The position numbers were made by a program, and so were the translations under genes. The notes below the pieces were generated by a model that made no database searches, had not been told where the DNA came from, and worked only from the letters and a program-made list of their open reading frames with translations. A stretch of DNA of 62,793 nt, the filler included. It is 10 parts of 10 records of this genome, joined end to end, with 100 filler letters (N's around TTAATTAATTAA, not from the genome) between each part and the next. Parts side by side here need not be neighbours in the genome. Positions count along the whole stretch, not along the records: positions 20,326 to 28,690 come from SRR11831585_482; positions 28,791 to 30,910 come from SRR11831585_495; positions 31,011 to 44,016 come from SRR11831585_499; 7 more parts are not named here. One strand, 5' to 3'. Position 1 is the stretch's first letter, and every line of letters begins with the position of its first letter. Shown one piece after another: positions 24,772 to 36,226 of this stretch.

Positions 24772-26718
24772 ATGAATATTTTAGGTTTTTTCCAGCGACT
24801 CGGTAGGGCGTTACAGCTCCCTATCGCGGTGCTGCCGGTGGCGGCACTGTTGCTGCGATTCGGTCAGCCAGATTTACTTAACGTTGCGTTTATTGCCCAG
24901 GCGGGCGGTGCGATTTTTGATAACCTCGCATTAATCTTCGCCATCGGTGTGGCATCCAGCTGGTCGAAAGACAGCGCTGGTGCGGCGGCGCTGGCGGGTG
25001 CGGTAGGTTACTTTGTGTTAACCAAAGCGATGGTGACCATCAACCCAGAAATTAACATGGGTGTACTGGCGGGTATCATTACCGGTCTGGTTGGTGGCGC
25101 AGCCTATAACCGTTGGTCCGATATTAAACTGCCGGACTTCCTGAGCTTCTTCGGCGGCAAACGCTTTGTGCCGATTGCCACCGGATTCTTCTGCCTGGTG
25201 CTGGCGGCCATTTTTGGTTACGTCTGGCCGCCGGTACAGCACGCTATCCATGCAGGCGGCGAGTGGATCGTTTCTGCGGGCGCGCTGGGTTCCGGTATCT
25301 TTGGTTTCATCAACCGTCTGCTGATCCCAACCGGTCTGCATCAGGTACTGAACACCATCGCCTGGTTCCAGATTGGTGAATTCACCAACGCGGCGGGTAC
25401 GGTTTTCCACGGTGACATTAACCGCTTCTATGCCGGTGACGGCACCGCGGGGATGTTCATGTCCGGCTTCTTCCCGATCATGATGTTCGGTCTGCCGGGT
25501 GCGGCGCTGGCGATGTACTTCGCAGCACCGAAAGAGCGTCGTCCGATGGTTGGCGGTATGCTGCTTTCTGTTGCTGTTACTGCGTTCCTGACCGGTGTGA
25601 CTGAGCCGCTGGAATTCCTGTTCATGTTCCTTGCTCCGCTGCTGTACCTCCTGCACGCACTGCTGACCGGTATCAGCCTGTTTGTGGCAACGCTGCTGGG
25701 TATCCACGCGGGCTTCTCTTTCTCTGCGGGGGCTATCGACTACGCGTTGATGTATAACCTGCCGGCCGCCAGCCAGAACGTCTGGATGCTGCTGGTGATG
25801 GGCGTTATCTTCTTCGCTATCTACTTCGTGGTGTTCAGTTTGGTTATCCGCATGTTCAACCTGAAAACGCCGGGTCGTGAAGATAAAGAAGACGAGATCG
25901 TTACTGAAGAAGCCAACAGCAACACTGAAGAAGGTCTGACTCAACTGGCAACCAACTATATTGCTGCGGTTGGCGGCACTGACAACCTGAAAGCGATTGA
26001 CGCCTGTATCACCCGTCTGCGCCTTACAGTGGCTGACTCTGCCCGCGTTAACGATACGATGTGTAAACGTCTGGGTGCTTCTGGGGTAGTGAAACTGAAC
26101 AAACAGACTATTCAGGTGATTGTTGGCGCGAAAGCAGAATCCATCGGCGATGCGATGAAGAAAGTCGTTGCCCGTGGTCCGGTAGCCGCTGCGTCAGCTG
26201 AAGCAACTCCGGCAACTGCCGCGCCTGTAGCAAAACCGCAGGCTGTACCAAACGCGGTATCTATCGCGGAGCTGGTATCGCCGATTACCGGTGATGTCGT
26301 GGCACTGGATCAGGTTCCTGACGAAGCATTCGCCAGCAAAGCGGTGGGTGACGGTGTGGCGGTGAAACCGACAGATAAAATCGTCGTATCACCAGCCGCA
26401 GGGACAATCGTGAAAATCTTCAACACCAACCACGCGTTCTGCCTGGAAACCGAAAAAGGCGCGGAGATCGTCGTCCATATGGGTATCGACACCGTAGCGC
26501 TGGAAGGTAAAGGCTTTAAACGTCTGGTGGAAGAGGGTGCGCAGGTAAGCGCAGGGCAACCGATTCTGGAAATGGATCTGGATTACCTGAACGCTAACGC
26601 CCGCTCGATGATTAGCCCGGTGGTTTGCAGCAATATCGACGATTTCAGTGGCTTGATCATTAAAGCTCAGGGCCATATTGTGGCGGGTCAAACACCGCTG
26701 TATGAAATCAAAAAGTAA
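24772..26718 (+). CDS. nagE: PTS N-acetylglucosamine EIICBA
   Basis: [16 protein letters not shown] and VHMGIDT motifs, 648 aa. Confidence 0.98.
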   Translation: MNILGFFQRLGRALQLPIAVLPVAALLLRFGQPDLLNVAFIAQAGGAIFDNLALIFAIGVASSWSKDSAGAAALAGAVGYFVLTKAMVTINPEINMGVLAGIITGLVGGAAYNRWSDIKLPDFLSFFGGKRFVPIATGFFCLVLAAIFGYVWPPVQHAIHAGGEWIVSAGALGSGIFGFINRLLIPTGLHQVLNTIAWFQIGEFTNAAGTVFHGDINRFYAGDGTAGMFMSGFFPIMMFGLPGAALAMYFAAPKERRPMVGGMLLSVAVTAFLTGVTEPLEFLFMFLAPLLYLLHALLTGISLFVATLLGIHAGFSFSAGAIDYALMYNLPAASQNVWMLLVMGVIFFAIYFVVFSLVIRMFNLKTPGREDKEDEIVTEEANSNTEEGLTQLATNYIAAVGGTDNLKAIDACITRLRLTVADSARVNDTMCKRLGASGVVKLNKQTIQVIVGAKAESIGDAMKKVVARGPVAAASAEATPATAAPVAKPQAVPNAVSIAELVSPITGDVVALDQVPDEAFASKAVGDGVAVKPTDKIVVSPAAGTIVKIFNTNHAFCLETEKGAEIVVHMGIDTVALEGKGFKRLVEEGAQVSAGQPILEMDLDYLNANARSMISPVVCSNIDDFSGLIIKAQGHIVAGQTPLYEIKK

Positions 26719-26727
26719 TCTGCTTTA

Positions 26728-26760
26728 TGCCTGATGCGACGCTTGAGCGTCGCATCCAAC
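26728..26760. repeat. REP element
   Basis: TGCCTGATGCGACGCTTGAGCGTCGCATC. Confidence 0.8.
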
Positions 26761-26921
26761 AATGACAAGCGGTGGAGATCTTCTCTGCCGCTTTTTTTTT
26801 CATTCAATCATCCCCATAATCCTTGTTAGATTATCAATTTTAAAAAACTAACAGTTGTCAGCCTGTCCCGCTTATAAGATCATACGCCGTTATACGTTGT
26901 TTACGCTTTGAGGAATCCACG

Positions 26922-28586
26922 ATGAGTGAGGCAGAAGCCCGCCCGACTAACTTTATCCGTCAGATCATCGATGAAGATCTGGCCAGTGGTAAGCACACCA
27001 CAGTACACACCCGTTTCCCGCCGGAGCCGAATGGCTATCTGCATATTGGCCATGCGAAATCTATCTGCCTGAACTTCGGGATCGCCCAGGACTATAAAGG
27101 CCAGTGCAACCTGCGTTTCGACGACACTAACCCGGTAAAAGAAGATATCGAGTATGTTGAGTCGATCAAAAACGACGTAGAGTGGTTAGGTTTTCACTGG
27201 TCTGGTAACGTCCGTTACTCCTCCGATTATTTTGATCAGCTCCACGCCTATGCGATCGAACTGATCAATAAAGGCCTGGCGTACGTTGATGAACTGACGC
27301 CGGAACAGATCCGCGAATACCGCGGCACCCTGACGCAACCGGGTAAAAACAGCCCGTACCGCGACCGCAGCGTTGAAGAGAACCTGGCGCTGTTCGAAAA
27401 AATGCGTGCCGGTGGTTTTGAAGAAGGTAAAGCCTGCCTGCGTGCGAAAATCGACATGGCTTCACCGTTTATCGTGATGCGCGATCCGGTGCTGTACCGT
27501 ATTAAATTTGCTGAACACCACCAGACTGGCAACAAGTGGTGCATCTACCCGATGTACGACTTCACCCACTGCATCAGCGATGCCCTGGAAGGTATTACGC
27601 ACTCTCTGTGTACGCTTGAGTTCCAGGACAACCGTCGTCTGTACGACTGGGTACTGGACAACATCACGATTCCTGTTCACCCGCGCCAGTATGAGTTCTC
27701 GCGCCTGAATCTGGAATACACCGTGATGTCCAAGCGTAAGTTGAACCTGCTGGTGACCGACAAGCACGTTGAAGGCTGGGATGACCCGCGTATGCCGACC
27801 ATTTCCGGTCTGCGTCGTCGTGGTTACACTGCGGCTTCTATTCGTGAGTTCTGCAAACGCATCGGCGTGACCAAGCAGGACAACACCATTGAGATGGCGT
27901 CGCTGGAATCCTGCATCCGTGAAGATCTCAACGAAAATGCGCCGCGCGCAATGGCGGTTATCGATCCGGTGAAACTGGTTATCGAAAACTATCAGGGCGA
28001 AGGCGAAATGGTTACCATGCCGAACCATCCGAACAAACCGGAAATGGGCAGCCGTCAGGTGCCGTTTAGCGGTGAGATTTGGATTGATCGCGCCGATTTC
28101 CGCGAAGAAGCTAACAAGCAGTACAAACGTCTGGTGCTGGGTAAAGAAGTGCGTCTGCGTAATGCTTATGTGATTAAGGCAGAACGCGTCGAGAAAGATG
28201 CCGAAGGTAATATCACCACCATCTTCTGTACTTATGACGCCGATACCTTAAGCAAAGATCCGGCAGATGGTCGTAAAGTCAAAGGTGTTATTCACTGGGT
28301 GAGCGCGGCACATGCGCTGCCGGTTGAAATCCGTTTGTATGACCGTCTGTTCAGCGTGCCTAACCCAGGTGCTGCGGATGATTTCCTGTCGGTGATTAAC
28401 CCGGAATCGCTGGTGATCAAACAGGGCTTTGCTGAACCGTCGCTGAAAGATGCGGTTGCGGGTAAAGCATTCCAGTTTGAGCGTGAAGGTTACTTCTGCC
28501 TCGATAGCCGCCATTCTACGGCGGAAAAACCGGTATTTAACCGCACCGTTGGGCTGCGTGATACCTGGGCGAAAGTAGGCGAGTAA
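26922..28586 (+). CDS. glnS: Glutaminyl-tRNA synthetase
   Basis: [14 protein letters not shown] and MSKRK motifs, 554 aa. Confidence 0.99.
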
Positions 28587-28600
28587 TTTTAAGTTTCGCT

Positions 28601-28690
28601 ATGCCGGATGGGGCGTTTACGTCGCATCCGGCAAGGAACAGACAAACAGTTTCAAACGCTAAATTGCCTGATGCGCTACGCTTATCAGGC
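28601..28690. repeat. REP pair (BIME) at contig end
   Basis: GCCGGATG...CATCCGGC and GCCTGATGCGCTACGCTTATCAGGC. Confidence 0.88.
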
Positions 28691-28790
28691 NNNNNNNNNN
28701 NNNNNNNNNNNNNNNNNNNNNNNNNNNNNNNNNNTTAATTAATTAANNNNNNNNNNNNNNNNNNNNNNNNNNNNNNNNNNNNNNNNNNNN

Positions 28791-29123
28791 AACCTGTGAC
28801 AGATCGCGAATGAGTTTTCCTGTGATATGGGTCAAACCTGTACCCTCTACTGTGGCAGTACGCATATCAGAACCACCGCTGCTTTGAGGGCTTACAGCGC
28901 ATTGCATAGCAAAGATAGGCAATTGTACGGAATCTAACAATCTTGATACTGCATCTTTCTGAGTGATATCCACTTTTTCCCAGCGAACACGACCGTCTTG
29001 CGCTTGTGGTACATGGGAGAGATAAGTTCCCACTACCTGCGTCTCGGGAGGAATCAGCGTTGAGCGAAGGACCGCAGAACCGAGCTCGCCACTTGCACCA
29101 AACACAACGATAGTGCCTGTCAT
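28791..29123 (-). CDS. NAD(P)-dependent epimerase/extended SDR (RmlD-like), 5' part, eukaryotic contig
   Basis: MTGTIVVFGASGELG Rossmann motif, VVGTY, VDIT and VEGT; possible intron GTTTGA...TCACAG near the contig end. Confidence 0.7.
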
Positions 29124-29375
29124 TCGAAGCACATCAAGCGCAGACTGTGCTCTGCTAAGAGTCGAGAAACCCGACATAACATGCGTGTGTGTTGGAACTT
29201 TCCACCGCCACGTTTGTGTGATGAGTTTTAATGCATATCAGTAGGACACTGAGCAACGCAGCCGTAACCCCGCCACAACATATCCCCTACAACAACGCGG
29301 TCGCACTCATACACATGCTCCTCACATAAACATCCGCACATGCGTCCACTCACTCCACTCCCACCGTGCACTGAG

Positions 29376-30733
29376 TTACGCAACAGAGGAGCACGACACC
29401 GCAGAGGCACCCACAACGCCCACCACTCCCGCACAGCGCGCACACAAGCACGCCTCTGTGACGGCGTTATGTTTCCAGCAGCGTGGGCACTTGTGTTCGT
29501 TGGCGGTGGGCGCGGTGACTGCAATGCCGAGCGAGCTGAGAGAGCCTGGGACGGGTAGGGGCGATGAGTAAAGGGGTGTGTGATAAGAGTGAGGGCACAA
29601 ATATAGGGAAACATTGGAAAGAAAAACAAGTAACAAGAACGAGCGACGATAGACTCACAGCGACGAACGGGCGTCACAGAAGCACGGGGCAGGGACCACA
29701 TAGCACAACCTCCAGCAGCAACTCTACCATGCGCCCAACCACCACGAGACAACCATCATCAACTGTGACACGCGTCGCAACAGTAGTTGCATACCAGTGT
29801 GGTTCTTCACAGAGACGGTGCTTGTGTACGGGGAGGCGGGCAGTGTGGACTGTATCGTGGTCTTTGATGTGATAAACACAGAGTTCAGCTCCGCACGGCC
29901 GCTGTTGACGGAGGTCAAGAGGGGAAGTAGAGCATCTGACGGGTCGAGCGAGAGATGCACGGACGCTTCGTTGCTGGCACCGATCGTTCTGCGACAAGAC
30001 AGTATCAGCATAATTATCACGTACATCCTGCACCACATGAAGATTTGTCGCACGGAAAGGCAACGGAAAAGCCGCACACGCCCACACCAAACCTGCAGAC
30101 CAGCACGAGTTGACGCGCAATGAAAACCTACACATACAGACACTAACACACACATAACACACTCTCTCTCACTCACTCACTCACACAAAATGTAGGCACG
30201 TACTGGTGTTTGCGTGCACTCTCCAGCACCTTCTGGACCTCAGAACGCACTCGCTCCACGGCCTCCCACTCCAGAACCAGTGCGTCATTGCGGAAATGAG
30301 CGGGCTGGGGTGTGATACACACAAGCAATGTGAGTGTGTAACTCAATACAAACAAGCAATTTTTGTGTGCAGATTCAATACTTAGACGCAGTGTGCATTT
30401 CACACGATAGATACAGGCAGAATGAGGCCAGGTCGAATACAACGCCCACTGACGCAAGAAGCAAACAGACACGATAACGACCCGCCGCCCCCGCCGCTCC
30501 ATAGCGTCCCGTGACCCCACCGAACCAGCCGCCCCAGTAGAGCAAGATACGTGACGATACATACAGGCTGTGCACACAGACACAAAAGGTATCGATATTT
30601 GCCATCGTACTGTTTCTAGCAGCCAGTGCTGTCGAAACACGCTGGTAGCGGTGCGTTGTGTGGTGAACTGGTGTATGTCCTCTGCCAGATGCACACAGAT
30701 AGGGGCGATGGACTGGGTGAACCGCCGAAGGAT
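29376..30733 (-). CDS. Isoleucyl-tRNA synthetase, bacterial/mitochondrial type, 3' exons 30733-30611, 30304-30204, 29988-29795, 29545-29376
   Basis: Splicing three GT-AG introns gives in-frame IAPICVHLAEDI, VRSEVQKVLESAR, IGASNEA, ELNSVFITS and the C-terminal zinc finger KCPRCW...LCARC. Confidence 0.88.
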
Positions 30734-31010
30734 CTACAGACCGCCAATTACGTCAAGTCAACTCAAACACACAGAACGCGGGGGCGATGGGTGCGAAAGG
30801 TCACAACAGAGAGAAGAAAAGGGTAACAAATGGAATGACGCAATAGAAGCATCATGAACGGCAGACTGTACATACGAATATACAAGAGCACATAGAAAGC
30901 GAACAAAAGANNNNNNNNNNNNNNNNNNNNNNNNNNNNNNNNNNNNNNNNNNNNTTAATTAATTAANNNNNNNNNNNNNNNNNNNNNNNNNNNNNNNNNN
31001 NNNNNNNNNN

Positions 31011-31423
31011 GACTGCCCATTGACTGCAAATTCAGTAACATCGGTAACCCACTTCTCGTTTGGCCGCGTAGCCTTGAAATCTCTTTGGAGAACATTAGGG
31101 GCGGTTTGCCCTACCTCTCCTCTGTAAGAGCGGTATCGCTTGACCTTAATCGCTGCTTTAAGTGAGAGGGTTCCCATCAGGCGCTGAACAGCTTTATGGT
31201 TAATCTGTTTCCCTTCTCGATGAAGAGACAGCGTTACCCTACGGTATCCGTATCGGCCTCTATTCTCGTGATAAATCTCACTAATACGCTTTTTAACGTC
31301 CGCATACTTGTCAGGCTTGCTGAGAGCCTTTAGATGATAATAAAACGTACTGCGCGGTATCTCCGCAGCCCTGAGAAGCTCATCAAGAGGATAAAACTGC
31401 CTTAGCTCGTTGAGTACTTTCAC
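31011..31423 (-). CDS. insK: IS150 transposase OrfB (partial)
   Basis: YGYRRV HTH and [10 protein letters not shown] integrase-core start. Confidence 0.94.
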
Positions 31424-31941
31424 TTTTTCGTGGGATGAGCTAAGGCTTTCAGCTTTTTTAGATACATAAGCCGCGTTTCAAGAAATCGAACTTGCCTTTC
31501 AAGATCCTCAATGCGTCGGTCTTTTGACAGCTCCAATGCTGATGCCGCTTTTTCTGGATCAACTGATATTGCAATGTTTCTTTTGGTGCCAATCTTGAGC
31601 GCGCGTAAACCAGCTTCTCCGCGCTCTTCATAGACCTTCAGCCACCTGGCTACAGAACCACTACCAGCAAGCATAAAGTGAGCAGCAGCCTGATTAAGGG
31701 ACATGTGCTGCTCGATCACAGCTTTCACGACCTTAATACGCAACTCTGGATCAGCACTAACGCCTTTAGGTTTGGGAATTAAACCTTTTTCTCCATGTTT
31801 TTCATAGAGGGCAACCCATGTCCTGACCTGGGTTCGGGGGACACCAAAACGTGCCGAGATGATCCTGTAACCATCATCAGTTGTGAAGTAGTGATTCACG
31901 ACTTCAAGGCGCTTTTCAAAAGGGTATTTTGGCTTTGACAT
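31420..31941 (-). CDS. insJ: IS150 OrfA
   Basis: MSKPKYPFEKRLEVV, 173 aa. Confidence 0.95.
   Translation of the reverse strand: MSKPKYPFEKRLEVVNHYFTTDDGYRIISARFGVPRTQVRTWVALYEKHGEKGLIPKPKGVSADPELRIKVVKAVIEQHMSLNQAAAHFMLAGSGSVARWLKVYEERGEAGLRALKIGTKRNIAISVDPEKAASALELSKDRRIEDLERQVRFLETRLMYLKKLKALAHPTKK
31453..31459 (-). other. -1 ribosomal frameshift heptamer A_AAA_AAG of IS150
   Basis: CTA AAA AAG near the end of orfA; known IS150 frameshift mechanism. Confidence 0.8.
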
Positions 31942-32020
31942 ATTAGGGGCTATTCCATTTCATCGTCCAACAAAATGGGTGCAGTACATACTCGTTGGAA
32001 ATCAACACAGGAGGCTGGGA

Positions 32021-32173
32021 ATGCCGCAGAAATATAGATTACTTTCTTTAATAGTGATTTGTTTCACGCTTTTATTTTTCACCTGGATGATAAGAGATTC
32101 ACTGTGTGAATTGCATATTAAACAGGAGAGTTATGAGCTGGCGGCGTTTTTAGCCTGCAAATTGAAAGAGTAA
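32021..32173 (+). CDS. hokA: Hok/Gef-family small toxin
   Basis: MPQKYRLLSLIVICFTLLFFTWMIRDSLCELHI, 50 aa; IS150 lies 32 bp upstream. Confidence 0.93.
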   Translation: MPQKYRLLSLIVICFTLLFFTWMIRDSLCELHIKQESYELAAFLACKLKE

Positions 32174-32359
32174 GAGTCTTCGGCGGGAAATTATTCCCGC
32201 CTTACTTACGGCGTTGCGCATTCTCATTGCACCCAAATTTATTCTTCACAAAAATAATAATAGATTTTATTACGCGATCGATTATTTATTTCCTGAAAAC
32301 AAATAAAAAAATCCCCGCCAAATGGCAGGGATCTTAGATTCTGTGCTTTTAAGCAGAGA

Positions 32360-32572
32360 TTACAGGCTGGTTACGTTACCAGCTGCCGGGCCTTTAGCGC
32401 CGCTTTCGATGGTGAAGGACACTTTCTGACCTTCGTCCAGAGATTTGTAACCATCGTTCTGGATAGCAGAGAAGTGTACGAACACATCTTTAGAGCCATC
32501 GTCAGGAGTGATGAAGCCGAAGCCTTTGTCAGCGTTGAACCATTTTACGATACCAGTCATTTTACCGGACAT
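32360..32572 (-). CDS. cspA: Major cold-shock protein
   Basis: KGFGFI and VFVHF RNP motifs, 70 aa. Confidence 0.99.
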
Positions 32573-32732
32573 AGTGTATTACCTTTAATAATTAAGTGTG
32601 CCTTTCGGCGATATGGCGTGCTTTACAGATTTTGAAGCGTTAAAGGAATGTGCACTACGAGGGGTATCAACGATAACTCTTGAAGGGACTTGCCTTACTA
32701 CACTGCTTTAATGGTCTGTACGTCAAACCGTT
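32573..32732 (-). promoter_or_regulatory. cspA 160-nt 5' UTR thermosensor with cold box
   Basis: Begins AACGGTTTGACGTACAGA; length matches the known cspA leader. Confidence 0.85.
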
Positions 32733-32852
32733 GATGTGCATTAAGCCACGCATTGGCGGGTGATGCAACAATTATTTTTCATATTTATGATTAATCGGTT
32801 GGAAAACGGTCCTGTCATCAGGACCGTAAACAGCAATAAAGTGGATAAAAGT

Positions 32853-33143
32853 CTATTCCATCAACTGCTTACTTAATGCCGGGTTGGCTTGAATCAAACG
32901 CATCAATTTTAGTTCGGCACTTGAAGGCTTCACGCGTCTGGATTCCCATTCCTTTACCATGGCGACTGATACGCCCAAAACCCGGGCGAAATCATCGATT
33001 TTTAATCCTGTCCCTTTTCGTAACTGCTCAATTTCGGTACAGGACGTTGTTCTGTGCGTCAGGGTAATTTTCTGCGTTTCATCTTTAAAAACAATCTGTT
33101 CCAGGCTGCTCAACAGCTCATGCATTGGATCTTTATATTCCAT
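32853..33143 (-). CDS. yiaG: HTH (Cro/C1) regulator
   Basis: 96 aa, FARVLGVS...WESRR HTH. Confidence 0.94.
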   Translation of the reverse strand: MEYKDPMHELLSSLEQIVFKDETQKITLTHRTTSCTEIEQLRKGTGLKIDDFARVLGVSVAMVKEWESRRVKPSSAELKLMRLIQANPALSKQLME

Positions 33144-33576
33144 TGAAAACTCCTCAAATCACACTGCGGGATCGTGAATTGCATCGAAGCTCATTAAGAA
33201 TAGTCGGGAAAAGCAGACACAGCGGGGTGAAGTCAGGGCATGCTCTGGCTATGATTCGATTCAGCCTGTCATTTAGCGTGACTTATAGCCACCTAACGAT
33301 CTGATAAATGCCGATATATCTCTTACCACTCCTGTTTTGTAAAGATTTCGAAAATCTAACCTTCTGCGAAGGCGTAAATCTCTGGCTACAAAAAAGGCAA
33401 CGGCACTATCATTTTTTAACAATGAAACAACAAATTAACCTTGTTTCATTTTCTCCATGATTTTACCAGGAAGATTACGTAGAAAGGGTATCCTGCAAGC
33501 CTGTCCTGGACTATCCTTGTCACGTCAGACACGCGTGTGTCGTTGTGCGCTTTTTTTGGGTGAAAGGAGTAAGAAA

Positions 33577-34287
33577 ATGGCGACAGGAAAGTCCTGCTCT
33601 CGCTGGTTTGCGCCTCTTGCGGCGTTATTAATGGTAGTTAGCCTGAGTGGGTGTTTTGATAAAGAAGGCGATCAGCGTAAAGCGTTTATCGACTTCCTGC
33701 AGAATACAGTGATGCGTAGCGGTGAACGTCTACCAACCCTGACTGCCGATCAGAAAAAACAGTTTGGTCCTTTTGTCTCTGATTACGCGATTCTGTATGG
33801 TTATTCTCAGCAGGTGAATCAGGCGATGGATTCCGGTCTGCGCCCGGTTGTAGACAGCGTTAACGCAATTCGCGTACCGCAGGATTACGTTACGCAAAGC
33901 GGTCCGCTGCGTGAAATGAACGGTTCGCTGGGTGTGCTGGCGCAACAACTGCAAAATGCGAAGTTGCAGGCCGATGCTGCGCACTCTGCGCTAAAACAGA
34001 GCGATGATTTGAAACCGGTCTTTGATCAGGCATTCACCAAAGTGGTAACGACGCCAGCTGATGCATTGCAACCGTTGATTCCGGCGGCACAAACTTTCAC
34101 GCAACAACTGGTGATGGTTGGAGACTACATTGCTCAGCAAGGTACTCAGGTGAGCTTTGTCGCAAATGGCATCCAGTTCCCGACTTCACAGCAGGCAAGT
34201 GAATATAACAAACTGATTGCGCCATTACCGGCACAGCATCAGGCGTTTAATCAGGCCTGGACTACAGCAGTTACTGCAACCCAATAA
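33577..34287 (+). CDS. yiaF: DUF3053 lipoprotein
   Basis: Lipobox LSGC, 236 aa, synteny. Confidence 0.92.
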   Translation: MATGKSCSRWFAPLAALLMVVSLSGCFDKEGDQRKAFIDFLQNTVMRSGERLPTLTADQKKQFGPFVSDYAILYGYSQQVNQAMDSGLRPVVDSVNAIRVPQDYVTQSGPLREMNGSLGVLAQQLQNAKLQADAAHSALKQSDDLKPVFDQAFTKVVTTPADALQPLIPAAQTFTQQLVMVGDYIAQQGTQVSFVANGIQFPTSQQASEYNKLIAPLPAQHQAFNQAWTTAVTATQ

Positions 34288-34336
34288 AGAGTAAAAGCCC
34301 GAGCGATTATCGGGCTTTACTCTACGCAGTCGCGGC

Positions 34337-35311
34337 TTAGTCCGCGACGTGCGGATTCACACAGTTCTTCTCAACCTTTCCTTGTAACGCATCAATCAAA
34401 TTATCCACGGCACAGGCGGCCATGCCATAACGCGTCTCATGGGTGGCAGATCCAATATGCGGTACTGCGACGACGTTGGCCATTGAGAGCAACGGCGAAT
34501 CTACGGACAGTGGCTCTTGTTCGAAGACATCCAGCCCGGCAGCGTGAATTTCGCCTTTCTGCAATGCTGCGATCAGTGCATTTTCGTCAACCACCGGGCC
34601 ACGTCCGGCATTAATGAAAATGGCGGAGGATTTCATTTTGGCGAATTGTTCTGCGCCAAACAGATGATGCGTCTCATCAGTTAACGGCAGGATCAGGCAA
34701 ACGAAATCTGACTCTTGTAACAGAGTATCCAAATCGCAGTAGCGGGCGTTGAAGCGTTCTTCTGCTTCTTTATGGTGGCGGCGCGCGTTATAGAGGATGG
34801 GCATGTTGAAGCCAAAGTGCGCACGTTGTGCCAGCGCCATGCCGATCCGTCCCATCCCGACAATGCCCAGTGTTTTATGGTGAACGTCAGTGCCGTACCA
34901 GTCCGGGCCTATGCTCGCGGTCCATTCGCCTGCTTTTACCCGTTCTGCTACCTCCACAACCCGACGAGCGGTAGACAACACCAGCGCCATCAGCGTATCG
35001 GCGACGGTTTCTGTTAATACGGTTGGCGTGTGCATCAGCAGAATTTTTCGGGCGGTAAGCGCATCGACATCAAAATTGTCATAGCCGACGGAGATCGTTG
35101 ATGTGGCACGCAGTTTCGGCATTTTTTCCAGCAATGCGGCATTTACATTCTCGTTTGAACCCAGTAAACCTTCAGCTTCGGCAAAAATTGCTGCATTTTG
35201 TTCGACGGTTTGTGGGCTGAGGTTTGCCACCTGGTGAACGGTGAAATGCTCTTGCAGGCGTTGCAGTAAATCATCAGGTAAGGCTTTGTAGAGGATAACG
35301 GACGGCTTCAT
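34337..35311 (-). CDS. ghrB: Glyoxylate/hydroxypyruvate reductase B
   Basis: GMGRIG, INAGRG and PHIGSAT motifs. Confidence 0.96.
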   Translation of the reverse strand: MKPSVILYKALPDDLLQRLQEHFTVHQVANLSPQTVEQNAAIFAEAEGLLGSNENVNAALLEKMPKLRATSTISVGYDNFDVDALTARKILLMHTPTVLTETVADTLMALVLSTARRVVEVAERVKAGEWTASIGPDWYGTDVHHKTLGIVGMGRIGMALAQRAHFGFNMPILYNARRHHKEAEERFNARYCDLDTLLQESDFVCLILPLTDETHHLFGAEQFAKMKSSAIFINAGRGPVVDENALIAALQKGEIHAAGLDVFEQEPLSVDSPLLSMANVVAVPHIGSATHETRYGMAACAVDNLIDALQGKVEKNCVNPHVAD

Positions 35312-35414
35312 GCTTCTCTCCATTCACTGATAAGGCGATCACCTTAGCCTGAAATATGATGAAGGAAAACTGAAGAATGCCAGGTGATTTCTGCATCACC
35401 TGGCATGAAAGGGA

Positions 35415-36074
35415 TTACAGCGGGCTTAAGGTAATTTCTACACGGCGGTTTTGCGCCTTACCTTCTGCGGTGCTGTTGCTGGCGATTGGGTTAGCCGGGC
35501 CAAGGCCCTGAGTACGGATGCGGCTGGCGTCCACGCCCTGGGTGATCAACGCGCTGGCAACGGAATCCGCACGTTGCTGGGAGAGACGCATGTTCAGGTC
35601 GTGACCACCCGTGCTGTCGGTATAACCAATCACGTTAACCGCCGTTTTCGGATACTCTTTCAGTACCATTGCCACGCCGGTCAGGGTGTTAGCGCCCGCC
35701 GGTTTCAGGGTCGCGCTGCTGCTGTCGAAGGTCACATTGTTCGGCATATTGAGGATAATGTTATCCCCGCTGCGGGTTACGCTAACACCAGTGCCGCGCA
35801 TTTTGTCGCGCAGCTTCGCTTCCTGCACATCCATGTAATAACCAACGCCGCCGCCCAGAGCTGCGCCTGCTGCTGCGCCAATCAGCGCGCCTTTACCGCG
35901 ATCTTTCTTCGAAGAAGAGAGCGCACCAATACCCGCGCCCACGAGAGAGCCCAGACCTGCGCCGATAGCAGATTTACCTGCTTCGCGTTCGCCGGTGTAA
36001 GGGTTAGTTGTGCAGCCAGATACCGCCAGAGCGCCACTCACTACGGCGGCAATAAGATAAACACGTTTCTTCAT
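35415..36074 (-). CDS. yiaD: OmpA-domain lipoprotein
   Basis: VSGC lipobox, GYTD and NRRVEI motifs. Confidence 0.96.
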   Translation of the reverse strand: MKKRVYLIAAVVSGALAVSGCTTNPYTGEREAGKSAIGAGLGSLVGAGIGALSSSKKDRGKGALIGAAAGAALGGGVGYYMDVQEAKLRDKMRGTGVSVTRSGDNIILNMPNNVTFDSSSATLKPAGANTLTGVAMVLKEYPKTAVNVIGYTDSTGGHDLNMRLSQQRADSVASALITQGVDASRIRTQGLGPANPIASNSTAEGKAQNRRVEITLSPL

Positions 36075-36226
36075 TGTTAATCCTTAATAACCTTTTTATT
36101 CTTTGCCACGGGTTCCGTGGCGGGAGATTATGCCGCGTGAACATGAAGATTATTCCTGGGAATACTCGGAAATTTGTAAGTAATATTTAACTGCTCAATA
36201 CATCTAACCTTTCAGGAGTCTTCGGT

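Larger units (their letters stand above)
31011..31988 (-). mobile_element. IS150 (IS3 family), left part
   Basis: IRL TGTACTGCACCCATTTTGTTGG ends at 31988; orfA/orfB arrangement. Confidence 0.96.

Noticed and set aside
30125-30190. (CA)n/(ACTC)n low-complexity tract
   Set aside because: Short intronic microsatellite within the IleRS gene
29228-30857. Many overlapping Cys/Val-rich ORFs in the ORF track
   Set aside because: Read-through of TG-rich introns; explained by the spliced IleRS model
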